From the NCBI RefSeq assembly GCF_000143415.4, contig NW_003314272.1, forward strand, positions 2,505,728 through 2,569,727: a stretch of 64,000 nucleotides of DNA, written 5' to 3'. The translations under genes were made by a program, and so were the position numbers. The notes beneath the pieces were generated by a model that worked only from the letters and a program-made list of their open reading frames with translations, was not told the DNA's origin and did not search any database. Every line of letters starts with the position of its first letter. Positions within the stretch are counted from its first letter, which is position 1. Source of the DNA: Selaginella moellendorffii (lineage: Eukaryota > Plantae > Lycopodiophyta). This document shows positions 25,712 through 40,779 of the stretch, piece after piece.

Positions 25712-25904
25712 ATATAACTAAAGAGAAATATTTGAACGATGGTCTATAGAGGATCAAATATAAAGGGAAAGGGCTCATAAACAAGAGTGCACTCTTTTTT
25801 TCCAATCGGCTAAGGGTCTTAGGATATATAGGATTAAGCGTCTTTAAGTTTGAATAATATTGGGTTGCATGACCTCCCAAAACCTTTAAATCCAAAAGGT
25901 TACA
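25712..25904 (+). mobile_element. Third, diverged Cassandra-type solo LTR
   Basis: Homologous to the rev-comp of 6741-6927 (CCAATCGGCTAAGGGTCTT; degenerate 5S box TTAAGCGTCTTTAAGTTTGAATAATATTGGGTTGCATGACCTCC); ends in GGTTACA. Confidence 0.7.
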
Positions 25905-26424
25905 AGAATTCCCTAGGCAATAAACAACATCGCAACTATATATCACCAAGTTCACTTATTGCACTTTACTTAAAAAGCATTACATATCATTCACACACTT
26001 TGGAAGCTTGAAAACAACCACAAGTTTGTTAGGATTAATTTGCAAACTTTCATAAGAAATATAATACCCAAAATAAATGGTATCTTTAAACCAAAACATG
26101 CACTTTAATCACTTCAACTTTATAATAACTTCCTACAACTAATCCAACACTTTACAAGTATTATGTACACATTTGGAATTGTCACTTCATTTAATGGAAG
26201 ATAATCAATGCAAAAATAAATACTTCTATCAAACTTTATTACAAGATGAGATTCACACACCCAAAGACTCTTGACTTTCCAATAACACCCTTTTCCAACA
26301 TCTTTTAATAGTTGCACATAAAATTTTGATTTCTTTTGGTGATCAACAATGAATAAAAACCTTGATTGAATGAGCATTTTAATTGGAATAGAATGACGTG
26401 TTGCAATATTGGCCCCAAACAACA

Positions 26425-28045
26425 TGTGAAACACAAATCCCTAAGCCCCAAAGTGGAGCCAAAAGGGTGCCACGTGGTAGTGGCTGAAGCAAAAGCCAAA
26501 CGAGCGTAACACATTTGGATTAAAAGCTCCGATTTGAGGAGTCCGAGATAGACCTAGATGGAGTCCGAGATGGAGTCAAGATGGAGTTCGAGATGGATCG
26601 AGATGGAGTCTGAGATGGAGTCCAAGATGGACCCGAGATGAAGTCCAAGATGGAGTCCGAGATGGAGTCTGAGATGGAGTTCGAGATGGACCGGAGATGG
26701 AGTCCGAGATAGAGTTTGAGATGAACCCAAGATGGAGTTCGAGATGGAGTCCGAGATGGACCGAGATGGAGTCTGTGATGGAGTCCAAGATGGACTCGAG
26801 ATGCAGTTTGAGATGGACCCGAGATGGAATCCAAGATGGAGTCTGAGAAGGACCCAAGATGGAGTTCAAAGTTGAGACCGAGACCAAGACCGGGATCAAG
26901 ACCGAAACTGGGACCTAGACCAAGACCGAGGCCGAGGCCGAGACCGAGGCCGAGGCCGAGACCGAGGCCGAGGCCGAGACCGAGCCCAAGCCTGAGTCCA
27001 AGTCCAAGTCCAAGTCCGAATTCGAATCTGAGAGGGTGAAAGCCCAAAGCATTCGTCTCCCAAACCCTGGGGGTTTTGGTGAGCTCCAAAAGTATAGTAG
27101 GGGGAGGACTCCAGTGGAGCTAGTTTGGCCAAGAAAGGCCAGTTTGGCCCAGGAAGGCTATACCCAGGTGTTGGGTGATGGGATAACCACTGGGAAGTCC
27201 AAGGCTAGAGTGAATACGGACTAACTAGCAAGGTAGCTTGGTGAAGTGTTCAAGAGTCAGCTCTCATTCCCCTGGGAGATCGAATGGTCAATGCTCTTAG
27301 TCCAAGTGTGGGTGGCACTACCTACTTGGATACCTAGCATGGCTCAATGGAACCTCACTCTAATTCCATGACTAGAGCACCAAAAGGCGGAAGGTGGGGA
27401 AAGTATCTATGAGGCTCGCATAGGGCTACGGTGTTCCGAAATGTTGTCCCAAAGTCCCAGATTGTGGAAAGGAAAAGTAGTGATCCTTTAGTGTGGTGAC
27501 CAATGATATGGTCACCAATGATATGGTCATGTGGTGAGGAAGTCTCAAAGGACAGTGTGACTTAGTGGTCGGGCTTGTGGGCCTTGATCCAGTGGCCATG
27601 TTGGTGAACACGGCTATGGACAGAAAGGGATCTTGGTAGGGAATGTTAAAGGGATATTGGGCAAGGCTATTCCCCATATCTGCGGGCATCTTAAGGATGC
27701 TAAGGAGTGGACCTAGGATGGTCACTCATGGATGGATGGCCTAGTCTTTGAGAGATGGGACTGCGATGCAAGTGGTGTTGGACCACTTGTGTGACCAAGG
27801 TAAATGGGGATGGCCTTAGCTTAATGGGCTGGTATGTCAGTGGTACCTTGGGGTGTCAATTATGGGATCGAACACGTGGAGCACTTGGATCAAGTGCAAT
27901 GGCTGAGTGGTATGGATGCCATTCTTGGGGCTAGCAAGTCCCTAAGTCCATGATAGGACTTATGGAGGTTGTGAGTGAGACCCCTCCAAATGGTCGAAGG
28001 TGTGGTTAAGTGACTAAAGTAGAATGGAAAATTTAGTCACTTACA
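26425..28045 (+). mobile_element. Solo LTR of the same Gypsy family as 12909-14650
   Basis: TGTGAAACAC...CACTTACA, collinear with the nested LTRs, flanked by an AACA(T) target-site duplication. Confidence 0.85.
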
Positions 28046-30414
28046 AACATGTCAAATTCAAAAAGATCAGCATACTCCTTCATGAGCCAGTCAACCGCTA
28101 TAACACAAAGACTGTCAAAGGGATCAGAAGCAATAGTAAAAACAAAGGGATGAAGAGAAAACAAAAGTGAGAGGAATAAAAGAAATATAAATAAGCATGA
28201 GATAAAAAGGAAAATCCTTAAAGTCATATTTGGCATAATTGCACCACAACTAATCCACACTAAGGATGAGGTTAAAAGTTTAACTTGGCACCACTTGCAA
28301 TGATTGCAACTTAAGTTTGAAATTGCCCACATGCACAACCAGGTCCACCTCATCCCATGCACATGCGTATATACGTCCATTGCTATAAAGAATGAAAATT
28401 GACTCTGCCACACGACACAAATGTAGACAGCAACATATAGTAACATCACTTTTATTTCCCCATTATTTCCTTCTTTGTTTCCATATTGTTCCTCTATTCC
28501 CTCTTCTGAGCTGAGCAATGGAAGATAAACTCGAGCCTGTATTAACTAACATGGAGAGAAGAATAAAAGATTTTTTGTTATAAAAACAAGCTTGGAAAGT
28601 AAATATTGAATGAATTGATGCCAAGTGAACCCCTTCATGATACTCCCAAAAAAAGAGGGAGGGGTCACTAACTTATTTATGCAAGATCTTTCTATTACTT
28701 ATATGACTCTTTGTTTTCCAGAAGCATCTCGGTATCTAGACCTTCTACTGCAACAGCACCAACAGTGACACCAAGGTCTCCACCCAAGAAATAGAGGTTG
28801 CCAATCTGGAAAATGCCAACAACAATAATAAGTGTGACCAACTTCATTACACGCCTAATAGTGGACATCACAGCCATGACCAAGTTCTCACCTTTGTCCT
28901 TAAACTTAGGCAATAGTAATATTAACTTCCATTAGAACAGAACTATCTCCCATAAAAAGTGGAGTTGAAAGATATATAGTGAAAAGTGGAAGAAGTGACA
29001 TCTTATAACGTTGTGCCAAATGAAGAACATCGTCAAAGGTTGTAGGAGCAAGTGCCTGCACAAATCATATAATATCTTGATAAAAGGCTAGCCATAACAT
29101 TCCCAACTTAATCTGCTTCGATATATTTAGTTTTGCACAAAGTAAGAGGCTTCAGAAACGAACACCAAATTGCATCACAGATTTATACAACCATTGACAA
29201 AGATAATACAATTGTTCAAAGGCATCATCACAATCATCGGCATATTTATATGCACATTTGAAGACGTTTGAAAGAATGTTCTAATTCTTATGAGTGGCTG
29301 CACTCAAATCATTATACCACTGTCCTTTAGAGACATGTGGGAAATTCACACAAACGCCGAGCATCATCCCAAAAATGATATGTGGCAATCACTATAAAGT
29401 GATCGAACCAATGGAACATATTATCCCTAGCACTCCCAAAAAGAACTTTTGCCAGTTGCAAGGATTGACACCAAAAGCAAGAAGAGTTGTACCACATGCC
29501 ATGAAGACCGCCATCAATTGAGTCTAATTGTTCAACTATAATTGCATAACATTGAGCAACTAAACTAATTGGTACTCCAAAGTCAAAAGAGGATAAAATT
29601 ATTACTCTACCATGAAGATAAACGAAAAGGAAGATGCAAAAGAGAAGAAATTGAAAAAGTTATAAGGAAAGGGAGATTTAGACAATGCAAAAGTTAAATA
29701 TAAACCAAAATCCAAAATCCAAAGTCCAAACACTCCTTAGGGATAATCAAAGTTGTTTTTCATCTTCTCCAATGTGAATGCATGGAATATGGAAATGAAA
29801 TACAAAAATGAAACCTTAAAAAAAACGCTCTTTAAAGACAATTAAAGTTGTCTTTCATCACCAATATGAATGCATGGAATATAGAAATGGAATACAAAAA
29901 TGAAACCCTTAATTTATATACAGGAGTCTAGATTGAAACTAATCCAATAGTTATCAAAATTTTATTAAGCTAATATTAATATATGTTATTGTACTTACTA
30001 TTTATTTTATAGTTTAGAGTCCTAATACTTTATTTAAAAATATTTTTAAATATCAACTTTTAGATGAATTGGAATAATAGAAATACTTAGTATATATGTA
30101 ATACACAATAGATTATTAAATCTTGCAAAGTAATAACTAAATTTTTATTCTGTATTTTAAATATTATATAGCATTAATAAATCATACATTTTCTTTTATA
30201 TCACCTGCATATTTTTATCAATTATTCCAACAAGACTTTAACTTTTTATACATATGTTTTTCCAGCAAAAACACAATTTTTATGAGAAGCATTAATGTCT
30301 ATGATAAAGCAAACAGTCTACTTCAAAATTTTCCAAAAGCTTTTTAAATTTTGCAACAACCATTTTTTCAATTTGTAATCTCTTCTTAAAGCCCTTCTAA
30401 TGCAAAAAAAATTG

Positions 30415-31505
30415 TCAATGTCTAATGTGTCCAAAGCACTCATCAAGTTTGTGTTCAAAATAACTGTGTTGATATAGTAAGAAGACAGGAACACTTCTGT
30501 CCTGTCTCACCAAGGCAATTTTACAAGAACTCCCATGTACACCCACACCCTCCCGACACCTGGGATGGAATGATGGTACTGCAAAGAACCTCACAACATC
30601 GTCCCACACAGACCTGTTGACGAAGAGGTCATGCTCTGGTCACCTACACAAATCATCTGCCTTCTTCAAGAAGTCTGTAGCGACCCCTTTGAATCCCGTA
30701 AGAACATCTGACGTAAAACCTGTCTCTGCCTCTGTAAACACCAAAGATGGTGCTGAAGTCGATTCATCCACGTCTTTCACAAACTTCAGTGGTCCCAGAT
30801 ATTATGGTCTTTTCGAACCCCATTTCATGTAGAGCAAAGACGAGCTTGTCTAGTATCGACCTCATTCACAGTCTCGCTCCTGGATACGTGATAGTTCCTG
30901 ACATTCGTCTACCCCAACACCGTCCCAGTCTACCTGTCCTTTCAGCTCAATGATGTCAGAAAAGATGGTGCTTGCTGCTTGAATGTTGGATGAATTGCGG
31001 ATCAGACCAAGTATTCTTGCCACCACCATGGATCACGCTATGGATAGTTGAAGTGTGGAAAGTATACCTGCACAACACAAACATTTGAACTCCCTCACAC
31101 ACCTTAAAATGTTGCTCCGCAGGCAGGGAAGGAAGACATTCCTTCACCCCGTTTCCAAATTTCCGCACAAACGTCCTCAAATATTGCAGACGTTCCGTGA
31201 TGGCGTTTGTGATGAAATATGGGAACGGGTGAAGGCCCTTTACCCATTCCTAAATTTCAGCACAAACGTCATCAACGTTCTTCCGTGGAACAGCGATGGC
31301 CACAGAATTAACCACAGCCAAAGGGCAAACAGGATCGAACAGGGAGCACATCAACCACTAGAAAGAAAATTGGGGCAAGAAGTAGAAGCCGAAGCCGTCC
31401 TAGCATACCTCTAGAGGATCTCGTGGGACCAGTGACATGAGAAGATCCCCAAAATTGCACTTTGCTGAGACCATCTTCTTTTCTTCGCGCTTCACGCGGA
31501 ACCAT
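30415..31505 (-). pseudogene. Decayed spliced gene of unknown family
   Basis: GC-richer island with exon-like pieces (EWVKGLHPFPYFITNAITERLQYLRTFVRKFGNGVKECLPSL) and GT-AG pairs, broken by stops. Confidence 0.3.
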
Positions 31506-34073
31506 GCCTCATCTTTTCTTTCGGACCCTCAATTCTAGGGCTAAAGCTAGAAAAAGGCGCTTTTATAAAATTTTATGTTTTTCCAATAACGAAAGCTTCG
31601 TTCTATTTTAAGGATATTCGGTTTAGTTTGTTGATTTGAGGTTATTTTACTTTTTTAGATAAAATCCTTTTCTAATATCTCTAAATTTGTTCTAGTTCTT
31701 TAAAAATTAAAGTGATGTAGTAGTGTTTCCAAGATTAACATTTATGCTTAACAATAAGCTCTACAACTTTTTATTTTACATTTATGGCATAAAGTTTTTC
31801 AACTGCTTTGTATGGCAAAATCTCAATTAACATATGGGATGACCTGTGCATTCTAAATGTAAGTGGAAATTGAGCTATAACTCTAACTAGAGTAATTATA
31901 TAATTTTGCTTATATGGGGCTGGGCAAATGTGTTACATCTTAATCTATAACACTCTTCTATGGGCAAGGTGCTCCATTATCACAAGTGATTGCTTTGTCA
32001 CCATTTCTAAGCAATTTCAAAATAGAGATCACTGCTGAAATGGGAGGTATCTAATTTTTATTTTACTTTTTTTTTTTGTTCTCATTGATATTTGCGGGTG
32101 AGGTTGTGATGCAGGCTCAAGTAAGAGCTTTTGGATATTGAAGAACCAATTAGCCACTGGTCAGGATACATCATTTTCCTCATACATGAAATTTTTTTTT
32201 TTTTTCCGTTACTCAGGTGCTTGAATACTGTCATGCCTTTCAGATTGAATCACTTGAAGATCTCAGCTACCTTGAAAACACTTCCAATCCAGTTGTACAT
32301 CTCAACGAGTGTTTCTCTGGAACGCAATGATCATGACATATGCCATGTATAGCAAGCAAGTGCTAACTCTTCCAGGGTAAGCAAAGTAAGTCTTGACTTG
32401 TGAGATTTCTAACAACTGCAACCTATAGTTTCTTGCGGCAGAGAATATGATAAGAGTGGTCTCACGCAAGACGTGTTGGGAAAACTTTTATAAAAAGCCC
32501 GGCAGTGTGGATGACTTACGAGCAGTGACAGGTCACAGGATGAAATGGTAACCTGGAACATGAAAATCACTGGCTTGTTTTTGTCTAGAGAAATGACAAA
32601 GATCAAAGCAGCATGCAAAAGGTATGGTCCTTTTCTCTTTCTTTTATAAAACAACACCACAGAGAGAAATAGAGAGAAATAAACACAACACTCACACAAG
32701 GCCTCCACAATGCAATATTTTCAGAGCAAAGGCCTCTGCCATATGCTGAGATAGCAAGAGGCAAAGTCTTTCTGAGCAAGGATGAGTGTCCTAGATGGCC
32801 AAGGTTTTCTCTCATCCGATTTTAGGTATGGAAGGAACTTCATTTTAGGGCATTGTAAACGACATATGCAATAGGTGGTAGAGATTGTGAAATCTTCAGA
32901 TCTTAGCATGCCAGGTTAGAGGCTTTCACAACCCAAGGTAGAATTGCTTCTGCCAACTATATTGCTCTTTATCTTGTTTAATCTGCCCTCTATATTTACT
33001 CTTCTTTAAGCATCGTATCCACATTGCTCCAGCCAGACGAAGATGGGCAAGGGAATGCTGGTGGTGCTGTTGCAGTAGCTATTACTTGTGGTTGCCATGG
33101 GATAATGTGCAGAGCTTGGATAGCATTATTTTATTTTCAATTTTAGTATAATTTTTAGATATGTTAATATTAATCATAAAATGCCAATCGATTATTATTT
33201 GACTTTTAGAAACATTTTCCAATAGTTTTAAAACTTTTTTGAACTAATTAATTGACATAAGTATGATATAAATAGTTATTCTTTAGTTAAATTATGGCCA
33301 CCAATATATGATTGCATATGGGAGCATTATATATTTACATATGTGTGGATTTAATTTTTTCTTTTGAGTTGTATGCAAAAATATTATGCACATAATCACT
33401 TTTAGATTGCTATATAAACAATTTAAACTTCATTGTGTGTGTAATATTTTTGTCATGGGGTATGCCATGTATGCATAGGTCATGACATTTTATATTGTCA
33501 CATAAGACTGATGCTGCATCATCTTAAAGAAAATGGCATCATCACAAATTTAATGTTAATCATGTGCTATGAAATTTTTAATATTGTAATGGTTATTTGT
33601 GCAAAGTGATTTTCATTACCCTCACCAAGCAAACATCCCTGAGCACACAGTGATTGAATTTAACTTATAGTATTTAAAATATGCTTAAAATCTAATTTGT
33701 GTATTGGAAAATATTACATCCACAAGCTTGAAATCTAAACTTTACTAATGTGTCAAACTATATATATATATATCAAACTTCCATAATTTTTTTTATGTCA
33801 AATTGCTTACCTTAAGTATACCTCAGGTACAAGGGAGATATACCCCAAATTTTATAATAAAATAGGTAAAATTAACTTTATTATCAATAATAAAGTACAA
33901 GCAAAGGTTTGGATTTTAAATTTTTATAAAAAATTAATAAATAAATGAAGAAATAAATTATACACTGTCATGGTATACTAATCCTTGATTTAAATTAAAT
34001 TTAAAATCTACAATCTACTAGATAAAATTATGTTAAATACAAATTTTTAATGCAGCCCTAAGAACTGGGGAAG

Positions 34074-35578
<1,505 letters not shown>

Positions 35579-35849
35579 AAGTAGCACAAAATCGGAGTGT
35601 ACTAGATCCTTACGTGCCAAGGAAACACGTTCGTCCCATTGTAATCATAGCTCTAGATAGAGCCAAGATCTCTGATAGATAGATCGCGAAGAAGAAAGTC
35701 CTCGCGGAGCTCTCGCTCGAGCGCCTCACATTTCCAAGTCATCGTCACGTCCCTTCTGGAGCCCATTAATCTCGTGCACAAGCGCTAAAGGTAAGAACGG
35801 CCCGGACCATCCCGTACAAGTCTCGTGCGCGTCACCGTGTTACTTTGAG

Positions 35850-36125
35850 CCGAATGGAAGGTAGAGCAAGAGGCTCCTCGAGGCAGCAGCAAGATCGCAC
35901 TCTCTTGGCTGTGGCGTGAATTCTAAATCCTGGCTGGTTGAATCGGCCGGCGGTCTATTGCAGTGTGACGCATTTGTGGAATTCCCGCTCCAGTGAAGAT
36001 CATTATGGTGTTCTTCCTAGCGAGGAGCTTGTAGTGATCCATCTGGCTGTGGTAACAGTGAATTGTCCCGGCCTGGGCTGCGATCTAACGAGGATTATCT
36101 TCGAATTCTCGTATGTGGAGGTGGG
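35850..36125 (+). pseudogene. Decayed duplicate of the ACR 5' leader and first exon
   Basis: GVLPSEELVVIHLAVVTVNCPGLGCDLTRIIFEF matches 38542-38660, with deletions. Confidence 0.75.
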
Positions 36126-37059
36126 GAAGAAGACCATCAACTCTATTTTGAGCTTTTTGCATTCAGCAGCATCCTTAGGAGATTATTTGAAGAACTGGAA
36201 GCCAAAAGTTTTACCATGAATGAGAAGCGTATCACCGCAGCTATCATCCAAGGTTTGAAGCCAGTTTTCCAGCGGAAGGTGGCAAAGTGGAAATATGTTA
36301 TTTGCTAACCTCTTTTTGAGTAGGTTGAGCGGGACATGTTACCAGAGCTTGGCATGACTAGTCCAACCATCATTCTGGATTGCCTATGAATAGAGTGTAA
36401 GCGCCAAAGACAGAGGATAAGTTTGCCTTTGGTGCTAGACAATGACGGAGTTAGTGTAGTATTGAGAGCTTGTCCAGCCGCAGATGCACCTCAAGGAGCT
36501 AAAAGCCTTACACTCACAAGATGCTAAGCCATCCTGTCACCACATATTTTGCACTCAATCAGATGAGGTGCTGGATTCTCCACCCTGAGCAGCAGCCAGC
36601 GCACCCGCAACAGCAAGTGTTACAGGAGCAAGTCCTACAGCAGCCTCTAGCCAACAACTTTAGCCAACAATATTTCCAGAAAGTTGGCTGGTCCCTTACA
36701 AGAAAAAAGTGACTTAAAAAGTCAGTGTGCAATGATTTTTCTCATGCAACAATTTTCTCCTCTAGAGGAGTTACTTGATTTTGGTTAACATTTAAAACTT
36801 TTTTCCACGTCTCAAGATAAATCCTCTTCCACAGAGCCAATCCGACATCTAATCTTCTCTAGATCCCAGTGCATTTACAGCAAAGGTGTTTCCTGACAGC
36901 AAGCTTGAGAGGCTCTTTTGGACTCAGGTTCTGGGAGCATCCACATAGAAAATCATTGATCATTTGGAGCTTTCTAGCACGCCATGACATTTGCCTAGTA
37001 ACTAGTCCGCTAGAAGATGTTGTGGCAAGCAATTCTGAGAATGAAGTCTGCAACAACTA

Positions 37060-37830
37060 ACTCACACCGTCCACGCATGCAGGTTTTAGGGCCTCATTCT
37101 GCCATTCAAGATGACCATCGAGACGATCTATAACGTTTGGTTCAAGGAACTCCGCATAGTCGATTGACCTCACTGCCCGCGTCCTGGAGGTAAAATCCGA
37201 TTTGCAAACACAGATGAGACTCAACAACGCGCAGTGGCAGGATGGGGCCGTCCCTTGGGAGAAATAAGGGAGGTTAATTTTTTATCTTCAACCTCCAGTA
37301 CACAGTTCCGGAGCATTAGTTTGACGGCGGCGCTAAACAACTGAGAGACAATGAATCGGTGGAGGATGCAAAAAGCTTTCTCAAACTCGTCAAGCAACTT
37401 TTGTGCAATCTGTACGAGCTGGAGCATGCCGAGAGATGGCCGAACATTCCTAAGATTTTGCCAGAAATTATATGGTGTCAATGTCCCGCTGGGTCCCATG
37501 ATCGTGTACATTCTTTGGTTTTCTTCGTTCTCATTTTTTTCCCCCTTTTGTCTTTTGTGTTGTTTTGCACAGCTGATATTTGAGGATCTCTTGGCTCTAG
37601 AAATTGATAGACGACTTGAATTATCTTTGCTTGGTGTTTCTGTAGGCAAGATGGCTCTAAATAGTCACCCAAATCTTGATACAAATTGGAACGGACTACA
37701 AAGGCCAAGGCGAATACGCGATGTTATGGCCTAGGCGATTGCAGCAGGTGGTACACATTATGATGTGGAACTCAAAAAAATTGGTAAACTATTCAAAATG
37801 GCATATGCAATTTTCAAAAAGAATAAGACT
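37060..37830 (+). pseudogene. Fragmentary copy of the orphan family at 40780-42785
   Basis: Shared blocks TATAACGTTTGGTTCAAGGAACTCC, LIFEDLLAL and ALNSHPNLDT. Confidence 0.7.
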
Positions 37831-38301
37831 TTTGACGCATACTCTGTTATCCAGTGCTCTTAATAAATTTGTGGGTTTCTCTCTTAAGTCCATGCCAGGT
37901 TCTTACTAGAGCCAAATCAAAGCTGATTTCTTAAAAATACTAGCTCAAAAGTGTACTAGGAGATCCTCCAGAAGGAGCTATTCCGCCAAGGAAACGCAGC
38001 AAGTGTAAATCAAAGCTCTAGATATAGAACACTTTGCACCAAGGAAATGCAATCTCTAAGTTGATAGATAGATTGCGAAGAAAAAAGTCCTCGCGGAGAT
38101 TTTAACGAGCTCGCGCGCGCTTGAGCGCCTCACATTTCTAAAGTCCCTTTTGGAGCCCATCAATATCGTGCACAAGTTAAAAGTACGGACGGTCTCGATC
38201 ATTTCCGTACAAGTCTCGTGCGCGGCATCCGACGGCCATCCTCGTGCCACGGCTCCTCTTTTTCTTACGAGCGCGCTAGGGCTTTAGCGCCTTTGCTGGT
38301 A

Positions 38302-38439
38302 ATGGAAGGTAGAGCAGCATGGGCAGGGGAGGAACCAGCGGCAGCGCTGGCCAAGGCGCTGGTTAGATCCTCGAGGCAGCAGCAAGATCGTGCGCTCTGG
38401 TGGCTGCTGTGGCGTGAATTCCACATCCTGGCTGGTTGA
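38302..38439 (+). other. Candidate 45-aa upstream ORF in the ACR leader
   Basis: MEGRAAWAGEEPAAALAKALVRSSRQQQDRALWWLLWREFHILAG*, followed by a probable leader intron (about 38458-38521) and the ACR ATG. Confidence 0.4.
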
Positions 38440-38541
38440 ATCGGCGATTCCCGCGAGGTAGGCCGGCGGAGTAGCTTGTTCTATCGCAATGTGACTCATT
38501 TCTGTGGAATTTCCGCTCCAGTGAAGATCTAGAGCGATATT

Positions 38542-40066
38542 ATGGGTGTTCTTCCGAGCGAGGAACTTGTAGTGATCCATCCTGCAGATCCGACTGTGAT
38601 AACAGTGAATTGCCCCGACAAGAGAGGCCTCGGCTGCGATCTAACGAGGATTATCTTTGAATTTGGCCTGAGTCTCGTCCGTGGAGGTGGGGAAGAGCGT
38701 CCTTCTTCTTTCAGTGTTCTTACTTCTTTTGTTGACATTCTACCTTGCACAGATGTCCAAACCGATGGACGGTGGTGCTTGCTGGTGTTCTGGGCGGTGC
38801 CAAGAATCACCACCGCGAAGCCCATCCAATGGGGACTGCTAAGAAAACGAATGATAGCAGCGTGCCCGCCCGAGAACCAGGTTTTCGTGCCGGTTGATCC
38901 GGATTTCGTGACGAGTCCTCTCAAGCTATTTCTTCTCCAAGTTTACTCGGCAGATCGAGCGGGACTTCTTCATGGTACGATTCAGTCGTAAAGCTGCCAG
39001 GATTGTCAATTTATTCTTTTTTTTTTGCTCCTACCCGCAGACATGTCCAGGATCTTGTGGGAACTGGAGCTCACTGTTCACAAGGTCAAGGCTTCTACGT
39101 GTCCAGATGGAAAGGTCATCGACTTCTTTATAATCTCTGACAATAAGTGAGTGAGCAATTATTTGAAACATGGTGACCCTCTTTTTCTTATACCTTTTTT
39201 GTTTGCCCAGGTTGCTACTTCCATCGAGGGAACGGACACTAGAAGTTTGTGAACGCATAAAGAACTTGATGGGAGGCTTGCAGTCGAAATGTGAACTGAA
39301 GGAAGCGGGGCCGGAATATGGAGGTTTGATGTGCACTCCCGCATTAAATCTGCCGCCTTCGGTGTCGGAGCTACTGTCCTCCGGTGTGAATTCCCAGCAA
39401 AACGGTGACACTCCCAGAGTCACTATCGACGACCTTCTAAGTCCGGCGCACACACTCCTGCAGATATCTTGCAGAGACAGAAAGGGCTTGCTTTACGACT
39501 GCTTAAGAGTTCTTAAGGACTTCAACTATCAGGCAAGGCAAAAACTTCGTCGGTTCTAAACTAGCAACTCTCTGTTCCACAGGTTGCTTACGGTCGTTTG
39601 TCGATGTCTACTATCGACAAAGGGAGAGGCGAGATCGATCTTTTCATAACTCAAGCTGATGGAAGAAAGCTCGTGGATCCGGAGAAGCAAAAAGCTTTGT
39701 GTGAGCGGGTTGTAAGAGACGTGGCTAATCCTCTCTGGGTGACGGTATTGCCTCGAGGACCAGACTCGGAGCTCTTCGTAGCCACACCGATCGAGCTCAG
39801 CGGAAAAGGCCGTCCTCGGGTTCTATACGACGTAACTCTGGCATTGAAAATGCTCGACGTCTGTATTTTCCAGGTAAATCTTCCAAAAGTTTCATGGTGT
39901 AAACTTGTTTTAAGTTCTGCGATTGATTCAGGCTGACATTGGTCGCCACACCATCGGTGACATGCAATGGGAGATCTACCGTGTCTTGCTCATTGACTCG
40001 GGTGACCTCTCCCAGCGAATGCACGAACTCATTGGCGAGCGAGTGAGAAATGTTTTAATGGGATAG
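38542..40066 (+). CDS. ACT-domain repeat protein, ACR9/ACR10-like, multi-exon
   Basis: ITVNCPDKRGLGCDL, TDGRWC, DRAGLLHD, LSPAHTLLQISCRDRKGLLYD, ELSGKGRPRVLYDVT; ends VRNVLMG*. Confidence 0.92.
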
Positions 40067-40779
40067 AGACAAAAAGAGGCTGGGGAGTGTGTGGCAACCA
40101 TAACTTCACGATTTAAATCAATCTGTACAGAAAAACACATGGAAAAACCACAATTATATAAGAAACCACCATTATATAAGAAATGTTTTAAATACCATGG
40201 TAATTTTTCTAAACATTGGAGTTATAGTTGAGAGAAGAAAAGTTGAAAGAAATAAATTTCCATTATAAAGCACATAGAGTTGTTAAAAAATTTCGACCAC
40301 CCTACACTCTCTTGAGATTAATCACTTAACCCTAGAGCAATCTTATAACTTTGACTTGTAATGTTTAATCGAAACCCTTTAGCATCTTGACAGTGGCATA
40401 TCATATTTCTTGTTTTACTATTAAATATCCTAGAATATACTTAGATATTTCTAGATATTCAAGGTATATATTTTACACCTATAAACCAAATCAAATTTTT
40501 CTATAACATTTATAAACTTAAATAAACTACTTGATATTTATAAAAACTTTAATATAATATTTACCTTTTTTATTTTAAAATTTATAAGCTGAAATTTACT
40601 TTGCAATTCATACTTTAAAACTAAAACATAATGATAAAATTTTAAATAGCTAGTAAAATTTTCAAATCATAATTTTCTGTAATAAATTCTATTTTAAAAG
40701 AATAAAATCAGAATATACTTACTATAATTTATTAATGTAATATTCAAGTACCCTTGTTATCTATAAAATAAACCTTTGA

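Larger units (their letters stand above)
24144..30000 (-). mobile_element. Old, heavily decayed Gypsy-type retrotransposon
   Basis: Minus-strand relics: gag and zinc knuckle (ACNEVGHTYYCC about 28840), RT (FCIDYLPLNEVTIPNVY about 26200), integrase (FDMMGLFP...YDYLTQW about 25050). PPT-like tract at about 24306-24325. Similar short LTR-like segments at about 24144-24305 and 29870-30000. Confidence 0.6.

Noticed and set aside
31600-34050. Short ORFs in the AT-rich region
   Set aside because: No motifs or coherent exon chain recognised.
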